Below, piece after piece: positions 25,446-34,094 of a DNA stretch of 62,293 nucleotides. The position numbers and the translations under genes are program-made. The DNA is from Nitrospirota bacterium (lineage in GTDB: Bacteria; NPL-UPA2; JAADIA01), in NCBI GenBank assembly GCA_013151555.1, contig JAADIA010000049.1:1-62293 (forward strand), in the 5' to 3' direction. The notes under the pieces are model-generated. The model did not search any database, had not been told where the DNA came from, and worked only from the letters and a program-made list of their open reading frames with translations. Numbering within the stretch: position 1 is the first letter of the stretch; each line of letters opens with the position of its first letter.

Positions 25446-26609
25446 TCAGGGTATATCCGTAGTCATTTTATTTTCTCTATAGTTTATACTTTCAAGAAAT
25501 TCTCTGCAACAGCTCCTCTCCAGAACTTTTTCCCCTTGCACAATCTTCAGCTTTATCGTCAGGTAAAGCAGTGCCCGGGGAAGTTTTGTTCCCGGCGGGA
25601 TGCGGACAGCATCCTTCTCGGTGGTAACGATGTACTCTGCCCCTTTCCGAAGGGCTTCCTCTCCCACCTCCCGGAGTTCTGCTTCCCGGTACCAGTGATG
25701 GTCCGGGAAACGCCTCTTCCCTACCAATAAAGCTCCCAGTCCGGCCAGGGTTTTCTCAAAAGATTCCGGGCGGCCGATACTGGATAAGGCCAGAACCTTC
25801 TTCCCGGAGAGGCCGGTTAGTTCCCGGCTGTCTCCTGTCTTGAGATCAATTAAACAGTCGGGATTGTGGACCGTCTCCACAATCTTTGCGCCGGGCTTGA
25901 TTTTCTTTAATTTTTCCCTCAACCCCTTGAGGTCGCCGGCCTGGTCCGCCCGGGTTAAGAGAAAAAGGTCCCCTCGCTCCAGGCTTTCTAACGGTTCGCG
26001 CAATCTCCCCCGGGGAAGCAAGTAACCGTTCCCGAAGGGGTTGGCGCTATCAATGACTACTATATCTAAGTCCCTGGTTAAGGGCCAGTACTGATAACCA
26101 TCATCAAGAACGAGGGTATCTACAGCAAAGTTAGTCAGGGCATAATTTCCCGAGGAGATACGGTCCTTTCCCACGAGCACTGCTATCCCCGGCAAGTTTT
26201 TGGCTAAGAGATAAGGTTCGTCTCCGGCTTCCCTAACCTCCATCAAGATATTCTTTCCCCGGGAAACTACTCCCATTTCGCCCGGAGCCCGGGAGCGGGG
26301 AACTCTCTTATACCCGCGACTTAAGATAACTACCTTGTGCTTTCTTTGCTGCAGTTTCTCAACCAACATGGCCACAGCCGGAGTCTTTCCTGTCCCTCCC
26401 ACGGTAATATTTCCTACGCTTATCGTATAGCCGGGCAGCTTCTTCTTTTTTAATAACCGGCAGCGGTAGAGACAAGAACGGAGTTTGAGAAGGAACCCGT
26501 AGATTCCGGAGAGGACAGTTAATCCGAGGCGAAGAAGGCTAAGCAAAAATCCTTTCCCCTCTCCTTCTGTTACTTCTAAAAGAAACTCTTGCCGGTATCG
26601 CTTAATCAA
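25446..26609 (-). CDS. lpxK: Tetraacyldisaccharide 4'-kinase
   Basis: P-loop [17 protein letters not shown] motif. The first 34 codons of the track ORF translate palindrome C1, so the proposed start is TTG 26609 (uncertain). Confidence 0.8.
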   Translation of the reverse strand: MIKRYRQEFLLEVTEGEGKGFLLSLLRLGLTVLSGIYGFLLKLRSCLYRCRLLKKKKLPGYTISVGNITVGGTGKTPAVAMLVEKLQQRKHKVVILSRGYKRVPRSRAPGEMGVVSRGKNILMEVREAGDEPYLLAKNLPGIAVLVGKDRISSGNYALTNFAVDTLVLDDGYQYWPLTRDLDIVVIDSANPFGNGYLLPRGRLREPLESLERGDLFLLTRADQAGDLKGLREKLKKIKPGAKIVETVHNPDCLIDLKTGDSRELTGLSGKKVLALSSIGRPESFEKTLAGLGALLVGKRRFPDHHWYREAELREVGEEALRKGAEYIVTTEKDAVRIPPGTKLPRALLYLTIKLKIVQGEKVLERSCCREFLESINYRENKMTTDIP

Positions 26610-26632
26610 ATTATCTCTCTTCGGTACAAATA

Positions 26633-26826
26633 GGCACAGAGGCACTAAGGCACTGAATTTAGAAAAATCCGAAATACTAAATCCGAAACTCGAAACAAAT
26701 CCGAAATTCAAATTATCAAAATCCTAAACGTTGTTTTGGTCATTCGTATTTCGGTCATTTGATATTGTTTCGTATTTCGTGCTTCGTGCTTCGAATTTGT
26801 AGTTTGTCACCTTGTGCCTTGCCTTT
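26633..26826. repeat. Family C composite palindrome of about 195 bp, copy C1
   Basis: Left: ggcacagaggcactaaggcac plus atccgaaa-type units. Right: tttcgtgc/ttcgtgc/ttgtcac/cttgtgc units. Centre near 26725. Overlaps the lpxK 5' end and the DUF374 3' end. Confidence 0.8.
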
Positions 26827-27488
26827 CTTGTCTCATCTTTAAAATATTCATCTGCTTGTTGAGTAATGACCTTCAGTGTTTGTTCCAGCTCTTCTCTCTT
26901 TGCTTCCCGGACCTCAGCGGAGCTCTTGGCGGGAACCTCGACCGGGGAACCGTAAACGAGAACTGCCCGGCTGAAGGGATGAGGGACGATAAAAGCATCC
27001 CAGCTATTCAGGATTGTCTTCCTTCCGGCGCCATAGGTTACCGGAACAATGGGCAACCCGGTCTTTTGAGCCAGATGCACTATCCCCGGCTGAACCTTGT
27101 ATTTAGGACCTTGAGGGCCATCGGGAGTAACCGCTCCGTCATATCCCGATTTCAACTTTTTAGTCATCTGAAGAAGAGCCCGGGCTCCCCGGGAGGTAGT
27201 TGACCCGCGAATTGCTCCCGTCCCGAATTTATGAATGGTCCGGCTTATGTATTCCCCATCCCGGCTGGAACTGACCAGCACGATAATTCCCCGATGGCGA
27301 AGGGCATAAGTTATCAGAAGCAAACGATTATGCCAGAAGGCATAGATAACATGTTCCCCGGATTCTTTAAGAGCTTTGAGATGTTCTTCTCCTCTTACCT
27401 TCCATCGGACCGTCTTTCCTATCAGGGAGATGAATAGCCACCCCAAGAAAGGAATAAGCCGAAGCAGCAACCAGTCTTTTAGCATCAA
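26724..27488 (-). CDS. DUF374-family (LPLAT-like) protein commonly linked to Kdo transferase and LpxK
   Basis: FWHNRLL...SSSRDGEYIS...GAIRGS...VTPDGPQGP. The last ~30 codons run into palindrome C1. Confidence 0.75.
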   Translation of the reverse strand: MMLKDWLLLRLIPFLGWLFISLIGKTVRWKVRGEEHLKALKESGEHVIYAFWHNRLLLITYALRHRGIIVLVSSSRDGEYISRTIHKFGTGAIRGSTTSRGARALLQMTKKLKSGYDGAVTPDGPQGPKYKVQPGIVHLAQKTGLPIVPVTYGAGRKTILNSWDAFIVPHPFSRAVLVYGSPVEVPAKSSAEVREAKREELEQTLKVITQQADEYFKDETRKARHKVTNYKFEARSTKYETISNDRNTNDQNNV

Positions 27489-27513
27489 TTAGCGCACCTT
27501 TGGTGTGTATATA

Positions 27514-27624
27514 GGCACAGAGGCACTAAGGCACAGAGGCACAAAGTTGAAAAAACCTAAAAGAAACTGCAAGTATTGGCTCCTGTCTTTCCTTTGTGCC
27601 TTTGTCACTCTGTGCCTTTGTGCC
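27514..27624. repeat. Family C hairpin element, copy C2
   Basis: ggcacagaggcactaaggcacagaggcacaaag ... ctttgtgcctttgtcactctgtgcctttgtgcc. ataggcacagaggcactaaggcac (from 27511) is identical to C1 over 24 nt. Confidence 0.85.
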
Positions 27625-27635
27625 TTCTTTCTGCT

Positions 27636-29513
27636 TTAATATTCCTGCTGAAACTGCATCTCATAGAGCCTTTTATAAAGTCCTCCGTTAGTCAGGAGTT
27701 CCTCATGCCGGCCCCTTTCCATGATCTTTCCCTGATCCAGCACCACTATTACATCGGCCTTCCTGACCGTGGATAACCGGTGGGCAATGACGAAAGTGGT
27801 TCTTCCTTTCATTAACTTATCAAGGGCGTCCTGAACCAACCTTTCCGATTCCGAATCCAATGCTGAAGTAGCCTCATCCAGAATGAGGATAGCCGGGTCT
27901 TTCAGGATTGCCCGGGCAATAGCCAACCGTTGCCTTTCTCCTCCGGAAAGTCTCATACCCCGGTCGCCGATTTTGGTCTCATACCCTTCCGGCATCTTCG
28001 TAATGAACCCGTGCGCATTGGCGGCCTCTGTAGCAGAGATTATCTCTTCCTTGGAGATATCCTCTCTCCCATAAGCAATATTCTTGCGCACGGTATCGTG
28101 AAAGAGGATAGTTTCCTGGGTAACGATTCCCATCTGCCCCCGCAGAGATTTCAGGGTTACCTCCCTTATATCCCGATTGTCAATCTCGATATGGCCTGAG
28201 GTGGGGTCATAGAAACGAGGGATAAGATTAACCAGGGTCGTCTTGCCTACTCCGGTGGGACCGACAATAGCTATTATATCTCCTACCTTAGCTTCCAGGT
28301 TGATATCCGTAAGGACTTTTTTCTTCCCATAGGAAAAACTCACCTTGAGGAAGCGAATCCCTTCTTTAATTTCGGGAAGAACAAGAGCGTCCTTCTTCTC
28401 TTTAACAGAGGGCTCGCTATCCAGCATCCGGAAGATGCGTTTCCCTGCAGATAGTCCTTCCTGGATATCCACATTAACCTTGCTCAATTTGGTGAAAGGG
28501 GGAGCAAGAGAAGCTAAAATAGCAATGAAGAAAATAAAGTATTCCGGAGCGATATCTCCTCTCAAGACATACCAACCTCCGTATAAGAGAACCACAGACC
28601 CTCCCAGATTAGCCAGGAAATCGACCAGAGGAGAGAGGCCGCTTTTACGCTTCATCGACTTCATAATTACCTGAAATAAGCTCAGGTTCTCCCTCCGGAA
28701 CTTACCGATCTCATAATCTTCCATAGAGAAGGCTCTAACGACATGCCCGCCGGAGATGGTTTCCTGAAGAAGCGAATAAATATCAGCCATCTTTTCCTGA
28801 GAGCGAGTGGTAATTTTACGTATTTCCTTTCCAATCCGGGCCGTAGGATACGCTATTAAGGGAACGATGATTAGGGATAACAGAGCTAATCTCCAGGGGA
28901 TGAAGATGAACATGGTACTTATGAAGATGATCACGGAAAGTGACTGTTGGAGGAAACTGCGCAGAGCTCCGGAAACAGCCCTATCGACAAAACCCACATC
29001 ATTGGTCAGCCGGGAGATGATAGTGCCTGTACGGCGCTTGCTGAAATAGTCCAAAGAGAGAAATTGTAACTTCTCATAGAGCGCTAAACGCAAATCTTTA
29101 ACTATCCCCTGGCCGATATAAGCCATGAGATATTCCCGCCCAAAGGAAGCTAATCCTCTCAGGAAAGTAAATACCAATAAGGCAACCACGATGACGATAA
29201 GTAATTGCTGCCGGGAGTATCTGTCGAGAAAGGCCGTTACTCTTATCCTTGCCTCTTCCTTAAACCCTTTTACCTTTCCAAAGAAGGGTGCCAGCGGCAT
29301 CCCTTTGACTTTTTCTATCCCGTCTCTCACTTCCTCGTTTGCCGGAGTGGCTATTGAGGGTTGTCCCGTTATCAAAATTCTTCCCATAAAGGGAATAATC
29401 GTAGATAGGGAAAGGAGGTTAAAGAGGGAAAAGAGAATCATGCAGACAATAGCAGCGACAAACCGCCCTCTATAAGGATTAAGAAGCTTTAACAATCTCA
29501 AGTATAATTTCAT
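27636..29513 (-). CDS. msbA: Lipid A export ABC transporter (permease-ATPase)
   Basis: Six-helix TMD, Walker A GPTGVGKTT, signature LSGGERQR, Walker B ILILDEATS. Sits in a lipid A gene context. Confidence 0.85.
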   Translation of the reverse strand: MKLYLRLLKLLNPYRGRFVAAIVCMILFSLFNLLSLSTIIPFMGRILITGQPSIATPANEEVRDGIEKVKGMPLAPFFGKVKGFKEEARIRVTAFLDRYSRQQLLIVIVVALLVFTFLRGLASFGREYLMAYIGQGIVKDLRLALYEKLQFLSLDYFSKRRTGTIISRLTNDVGFVDRAVSGALRSFLQQSLSVIIFISTMFIFIPWRLALLSLIIVPLIAYPTARIGKEIRKITTRSQEKMADIYSLLQETISGGHVVRAFSMEDYEIGKFRRENLSLFQVIMKSMKRKSGLSPLVDFLANLGGSVVLLYGGWYVLRGDIAPEYFIFFIAILASLAPPFTKLSKVNVDIQEGLSAGKRIFRMLDSEPSVKEKKDALVLPEIKEGIRFLKVSFSYGKKKVLTDINLEAKVGDIIAIVGPTGVGKTTLVNLIPRFYDPTSGHIEIDNRDIREVTLKSLRGQMGIVTQETILFHDTVRKNIAYGREDISKEEIISATEAANAHGFITKMPEGYETKIGDRGMRLSGGERQRLAIARAILKDPAILILDEATSALDSESERLVQDALDKLMKGRTTFVIAHRLSTVRKADVIVVLDQGKIMERGRHEELLTNGGLYKRLYEMQFQQEY

Positions 29514-29678
29514 TTATATATCCATTTCCCCATAGAATTGCCGGGCGATTCCTGGAGCTAAGCCCCTGAGAATACATCCGCAATTTCCAGAGGCAGATTG
29601 CAGAGGGCCGGGGCATCTTGCTCTCTGCTTCTCCATTTTAAGAAAAGGTATGAATAGAACGGGGGTAACGTTCTCAGA

Positions 29679-29707
29679 ATTATATCTGAAAACTACCTTA
29701 TCGTCAA
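29679..29707 (-). promoter_or_regulatory. Sigma70-type promoter facing msbA
   Basis: On the minus strand: TTGACG (29707-29702), 17-nt spacer, TATAAT (29684-29679). Implies a leader of about 160 nt before the msbA ATG at 29513. Confidence 0.55.
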
Positions 29708-29762
29708 TAAAAACTCATCACTTCAGGGGCAACGAATAGGTCCATCTTAATTGTTTGGGTTC

Positions 29763-30887
29763 TTATACATAAATCCGGGGTACCCTTTTTCCCAAACGGG
29801 AAACGATTTCGTGGGGGACCGTCCCTATCCATTCAGCTATCTCCTCCACTGTGATCCTTGCCTCGTTCTGATTTCCTATTAAAATTACCTCGTCCCCGAC
29901 CTTTACCCCGGGGATATGCCCTACCTCTATCATTGTCTGGTCCATACAGATTCGCCCTCTAATCGGGGCTCGTTTCCCTCTTACCAACACCTCGCCCTTA
30001 TTGGATAGAGCGCGGCTGTAACCATCACCGTAACCGATGGGAAGCGTAGCGATCACTGTTTCCCTCCCGGTAACGTAAGTCCGACCATAGCTGATAGGCC
30101 TCCCGGAAGGAGTCTTCTTTAAATAAACTATCTTCGTCTTCAGAGAAAGAGCCGGCCTTAAATCCAGACTTTTTTTCATTGCCAGGGAAGGATAAAGTCC
30201 GTAAATGAGAAGCCCGGGGCGGAGCAAATCGAAATAACTCTCCGGTAAATTCAGGATAGCGGCACTGTTAGCCATATGCTTCAGGGGAATATCCGTCCCT
30301 GCTCTTGCCAGGCGGCCAAGCACTTCTTTAAACCGCTCAATCTGGATGAGGCTAAAGGTTTTATCTTCCTCATCGGCAGAGGGGAAATGCGTATAGATGC
30401 CCTCTATCTCCAGGCTTTTTTTCTTTCCTAACTTCCTGATAAAATCTGCCGCTTCTTCGAAGTAGACTCCAACCCGTCCCATCCCGGTATCTACCTTGAC
30501 GTGCACTTTTATTTTTTGCCCCGGGACTTTCTCCCTCCCCAGGCAGGCCAGAGAAGAGGCAAACTCTTCCGTGCAAACGGTAGCCGTGAGATTGTACTTA
30601 ACTATCTTCTCTGCTTCCTCCGGCAAGCTGGAGCCAAAGATTAAGATAGGAGCCTCCAGGCCGGCTTCCCTCAATTCCAGAGCCTCGTTCAGGCCGGCTA
30701 CTCCCAGGTAGTTAACTCCTGCGGCCAGAATTGTCTGTGAAACAGGAATAACTCCATGCCCGTAAGCATCGGCCTTAACCACTCCCAGGATCCGGACTTC
30801 CTTGCCTGCCTTCTTCCGGACTTCCCTTATATTGTGAGCCACCGCTCCTAAATCGATTTCTGCCCGGGTTGGTCTATAGTCAGCCAT
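29763..30887 (-). CDS. alr: Alanine racemase
   Basis: VVKADAYGHG PLP-lysine motif. Start set at MADYRP (30887). Confidence 0.9.
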   Translation of the reverse strand: MADYRPTRAEIDLGAVAHNIREVRKKAGKEVRILGVVKADAYGHGVIPVSQTILAAGVNYLGVAGLNEALELREAGLEAPILIFGSSLPEEAEKIVKYNLTATVCTEEFASSLACLGREKVPGQKIKVHVKVDTGMGRVGVYFEEAADFIRKLGKKKSLEIEGIYTHFPSADEEDKTFSLIQIERFKEVLGRLARAGTDIPLKHMANSAAILNLPESYFDLLRPGLLIYGLYPSLAMKKSLDLRPALSLKTKIVYLKKTPSGRPISYGRTYVTGRETVIATLPIGYGDGYSRALSNKGEVLVRGKRAPIRGRICMDQTMIEVGHIPGVKVGDEVILIGNQNEARITVEEIAEWIGTVPHEIVSRLGKRVPRIYV

Positions 30888-30970
30888 GATAGCACCTGTT
30901 GTAAAAGAAGGGTTCAAGAGAAAAAACTTTAAGAGATAAACCCAGGAATCCTTGCCCTCTCTCTTTCCTT

Positions 30971-31891
30971 CTATATGCCAAGATTCTTCAGAGCCTCTTT
31001 TATCTCTGCCTCTGCTTTATGTAAAGTTGCTTTCTCTTCCGAATTCAAATCTAAAGGGATAATCTCTTCTACCCCCTCTTTCCCCAACCTCACCGGCACG
31101 CCGATACAGATACCTTCCAGTCCGTATTCTCCCTGCAAATAGACGGAAGCCGGGAGAATTTCCTTTTTATCCCGGACGATTATCTCCGCCATCTCGGCAA
31201 TGGAAGCTGCCGGGGCTACATAAGCGCTGCCTGTTTTCAGGAAACCAACAATCTCCGCCCCGGCCTTCCGGGTGCGATTGATGAGATTATCTATCTGCTC
31301 CCGGGAGATAATCTCCGGGATCGGTTTCCCGGAAACGGTACAGTGTTCCGGTAAAGGCAACATCAATTCACTATGCATCCCGATAACTAAGGCCGAGGTC
31401 TCCCTGACCGGCACTTTCATTTCCTCAGCCAGGAAATAACGGAAACGAGACGAGTCCAGCACTCCTCCCATTCCCAGGACTTTCTCCCGTTTAAAACCAC
31501 TTACTTTAAAAGCCAAATAAGTCATTACATCCAGAGGGTTGGTTACCATAACAATCTTAGCCTGGGGACTGTACTTCACTACCTCTTCCACTACAGACCG
31601 GACGATAGTCGCATTCTTTCTCAATAAATCCAGACGACTCATCCCCGGTTTCCGGGCTAACCCGGCCGTGATTACCACTAACTCCGAACCGGCCGTATCC
31701 CCATAATCGTTTGAACCCATTATAACATTATCAAACCTCGACAAAGGAGATGCCTGCATCATATCCAGAGCTTTACCCTGAGGGAGTCCTTCTACTACAT
31801 CTACCAGGACAATCTTTGCCAATTCCTTTACCGCCATAAAAAGAGCTGCTGTCGCTCCTACATTTCCGCTGCCGATAACGCTGATTTTCAC
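30971..31891 (-). CDS. mdh: Malate dehydrogenase (LDH-like type)
   Basis: GSGNVG; ITAGLARKPGMSRLDL carries the Arg typical of MDH at the substrate-specificity position. Confidence 0.85.
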   Translation of the reverse strand: MKISVIGSGNVGATAALFMAVKELAKIVLVDVVEGLPQGKALDMMQASPLSRFDNVIMGSNDYGDTAGSELVVITAGLARKPGMSRLDLLRKNATIVRSVVEEVVKYSPQAKIVMVTNPLDVMTYLAFKVSGFKREKVLGMGGVLDSSRFRYFLAEEMKVPVRETSALVIGMHSELMLPLPEHCTVSGKPIPEIISREQIDNLINRTRKAGAEIVGFLKTGSAYVAPAASIAEMAEIIVRDKKEILPASVYLQGEYGLEGICIGVPVRLGKEGVEEIIPLDLNSEEKATLHKAEAEIKEALKNLGI

Positions 31892-31917
31892 TGTTTTCCT
31901 CCTCTGTTATTTTGACG

Positions 31918-31940
31918 GGATGAACAGGATTAACCGGTCA
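31918..31940. repeat. Family A half-element (A5)
   Basis: gggatgaacaggattaaccggtc; no clear partner arm. Confidence 0.4.
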
Positions 31941-31979
31941 AATTTTCTTCACGTTTTGTTATCTTATTCTGATCGGGTT

Positions 31980-32582
31980 CTAATCTTGAACATCCTCTTC
32001 CATCTCCATCCCCTTGGCGATAAGATATCCCCGGGCTCTTTCCGCCAATTTGTACCGGGAGACGAGCTCCCAGAAAGATTTGCTATGATTGGGCTCGATT
32101 ATATGAGCCATCTCATGAAGAAGGACATAATCCCTTACCCACTCCGGCATCTCTGCCAGGCGATGGGAAAGACGGATAGTCCCCGTCCGATAATTACAAC
32201 TCCCAAACTGCTTATTCTGGTTAGTTACATACTTTATCAATGAAACTTTTAGCCGTCCGCCAAAATATCTTTTGTTCAGCCTCTGTCCTATCTTTTCCAG
32301 ACTCTCTTTTGACTTCAACTCCTTTTTAATTTTTCGCTTCTCAAACCGGGTTTTAAAATCCTCAACCACTTTCTTAAGTTTATCATCGGGAATATTCTCC
32401 GGAGCATGGACGTGCATTACCTTCCCCACCACGCGGGCACTAATAGTTCTCTTCCGTCTTCGACTGCGAATGATTTTTACTTCCATCGGGTTCATTTCCG
32501 TTTGTTTCTCCTTAATGATAAAGGCTTCCCGGTCGGGAAGCCTTTTCTTAATCTGACTCTTTGTTCTATTCGGGGAAAACAT
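31980..32582 (-). CDS. YgjP/DUF45-family zinc metallopeptidase-like protein
   Basis: RRRKRTISARV segment near the N-terminus; HEMAH zinc motif. Start uncertain (M1 or M30). Confidence 0.7.
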   Translation of the reverse strand: MFSPNRTKSQIKKRLPDREAFIIKEKQTEMNPMEVKIIRSRRRKRTISARVVGKVMHVHAPENIPDDKLKKVVEDFKTRFEKRKIKKELKSKESLEKIGQRLNKRYFGGRLKVSLIKYVTNQNKQFGSCNYRTGTIRLSHRLAEMPEWVRDYVLLHEMAHIIEPNHSKSFWELVSRYKLAERARGYLIAKGMEMEEDVQD

Positions 32583-32675
32583 TTATTATCTCACTATTGG
32601 ACTTGCAGCAAGTTTATTATGCAAAAAGATTTACTGTTTGTCAAACAAGCTGGAAAAAATGAGCCCTCTTCTATT

Positions 32676-32705
32676 TTGACACCCTTGCCCATATTGTGTT
32701 AGAAT
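32676..32705 (+). promoter_or_regulatory. Sigma70-type promoter with extended -10
   Basis: TTGACA (32676-32681), 18-nt spacer ending TGT, TAGAAT (32700-32705). Upstream of the DUF2065-like gene. Confidence 0.5.
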
Positions 32706-32762
32706 CAAGTTGAGTCCGTGACAGTTAACGACATTCTATAAATGTGGAAGGAGGATAAACGG

Positions 32763-32975
32763 ATGGATTCTATTTACATGTTCACCTTTAGGCATATGAA
32801 ATTGATCTTTGCCGGGGTAAGCCTGGCTATTCTTGCAGAAGGAGTTATCTTATTTTTCATTCCCGGAAAAACTGCTCGCTGGTTGGAAAGGATGCCTCGC
32901 TTCTCTCTTCGTCTTATAGGCATCGCCGAGGTCCTTTTCTCCTTAGGACTGCTTTTTTTTATCTTATATCGTTAG
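32763..32975 (+). CDS. DUF2065-like small membrane protein
   Basis: Two hydrophobic helices with an EG...P...R pattern. GGAAGGAGGA RBS before ATG 32763. Confidence 0.5.
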   Translation: MDSIYMFTFRHMKLIFAGVSLAILAEGVILFFIPGKTARWLERMPRFSLRLIGIAEVLFSLGLLFFILYR

Positions 32976-33176
32976 GGCCATTATCGTCAGGATAATCAAG
33001 ATGGAGAGGAGTTGACTGTGCTTATCTGCCGGAGTAAGCTGGTAACCTTCTTGCTTGATTTCCACTTTCTTACTGTTTCCCTTCCCGGTATTTTCCGTTG
33101 CCGGGCTAATACCAACCAGAATGGTTGAGGCTAAGATAAACCCTACGAAGAAAAAAATTAGCAGTTTTCTCATCAT
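32964..33176 (-). CDS. Hypothetical small exported or membrane protein
   Basis: N-terminal signal-like helix and C-terminal hydrophobic helix. No recognisable family. Confidence 0.3.
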   Translation of the reverse strand: MMRKLLIFFFVGFILASTILVGISPATENTGKGNSKKVEIKQEGYQLTPADKHSQLLSILIILTIMALTI

Positions 33177-33232
33177 TTATAACACCTCCTGAGCCGAATT
33201 ATTCCCGGGTGAATAAATAGTCCCCTTTCCGT

Positions 33233-33421
33233 CTACTTCCTTTTATAATCAGGGCATTGGGTAGCGTTTGGCCGTTCCCGCCGGCGGCAGGCATTTCCCC
33301 AGTCATACTTGCAAGTATCGCAAAGGAAACCGCCTCCCCGGCAAGCTAACTTTATCCTTTGCCAAAGCGCCTTCAGCCAGTTTAAATTCTTCATATCCGA
33401 CTGATTTCTCCATTCCCCCAT
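33233..33421 (-). CDS. Small Cys-rich protein (CxxC-x7-C-x12-C)
   Basis: 62 aa, LCDTCKYDWGNACRRRERPNATQCPDYK. Family not recognised. Confidence 0.4.
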   Translation of the reverse strand: MGEWRNQSDMKNLNWLKALWQRIKLACRGGGFLCDTCKYDWGNACRRRERPNATQCPDYKRK

Positions 33422-33664
33422 CCGTTCTTACAATATGGATATATACTATCACTTATAGTATGTCCTTGTCAAATAAACCGCTCCCGCTCATTTCCAACCG
33501 GATGACCTCGGCCTTTGGATATTGCTCATAGGAACCGGAAATCTTTGTTCTTACATCCGGGATCTCCCTCTTTTTCAGCCAAAAGGCTATAAAGAAACTT
33601 CACATTTCAAAAGAATAATAAACCTTAGCCTTATAAAATAGGCACAGCTATTTGATTTTTTTAG

Positions 33665-33693
33665 TTGACATGGTATCAAGGAGATAGTATAAT
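33665..33693 (+). promoter_or_regulatory. Consensus sigma70-type promoter
   Basis: TTGACA (33665-33670), 17-nt spacer, TATAAT (33688-33693). Lies 20 nt upstream of the ORF at 33713 and the kinase genes. Confidence 0.65.
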
Positions 33694-33712
33694 TTGAAAT
33701 AGGGAGAATTGT

Positions 33713-34027
33713 ATGAATGTTGAAAAAATTGTGCAAAATCTCCGGATAATAAAAGATAGACAGGTGTCTGCCGGCTTCGCAAAGAAGGTAGTAGTTCCTG
33801 ATTTCAATAACTCCCCGGACATCCCTGCGTTAAAGACTCTCGGCAGAGAAAAACCTCTTCTCGTTTACCCTCCTATCATAGTCAGTGACAGGCGAGAGCA
33901 CTTTGAGCTTGTCAAAGGTTATCCCTCTGTCCACGTTGGACAAAGTCATAGATTTCCCGGTAGCCGGAATCATCTTTGTGGGGCTCTTCTTATCTTTGGG
34001 CGGGGAAATTTTATCTTCGGATATTAA
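33713..34027 (+). CDS. Hypothetical protein downstream of a consensus promoter
   Basis: 104-aa ORF, GGGAGAA RBS, no recognisable domain. Confidence 0.35.
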   Translation: MNVEKIVQNLRIIKDRQVSAGFAKKVVVPDFNNSPDIPALKTLGREKPLLVYPPIIVSDRREHFELVKGYPSVHVGQSHRFPGSRNHLCGALLIFGRGNFIFGY

Positions 34028-34094
34028 TATGCAAATATAGAAGAGGGAGAGATTAGATGGACCGGATGGTGATAAAGCTCGAGGTTTCGGGCAG

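Noticed and set aside
27576-27776. 66-aa ORF (MAPVFPLCLCHSVPLCLL...)
   Set aside because: Its N-terminal half is the right arm of repeat C2, read in frame. The remainder is antisense to msbA.
31920-32243. 107-aa ORF on the + strand opposite the DUF45 gene
   Set aside because: It begins in the half A-element and is antisense to a CDS carrying a clear HEMAH motif.
33885-34043. Alternative-frame ORF of about 52 aa with a hydrophobic stretch (VAGIIFVGLFLSLGG) overlapping the 3' half of the 33713-34027 ORF
   Set aside because: It is short, has only a GTG start and no RBS or homology. Evidence is insufficient to prefer it or to claim a frameshift.
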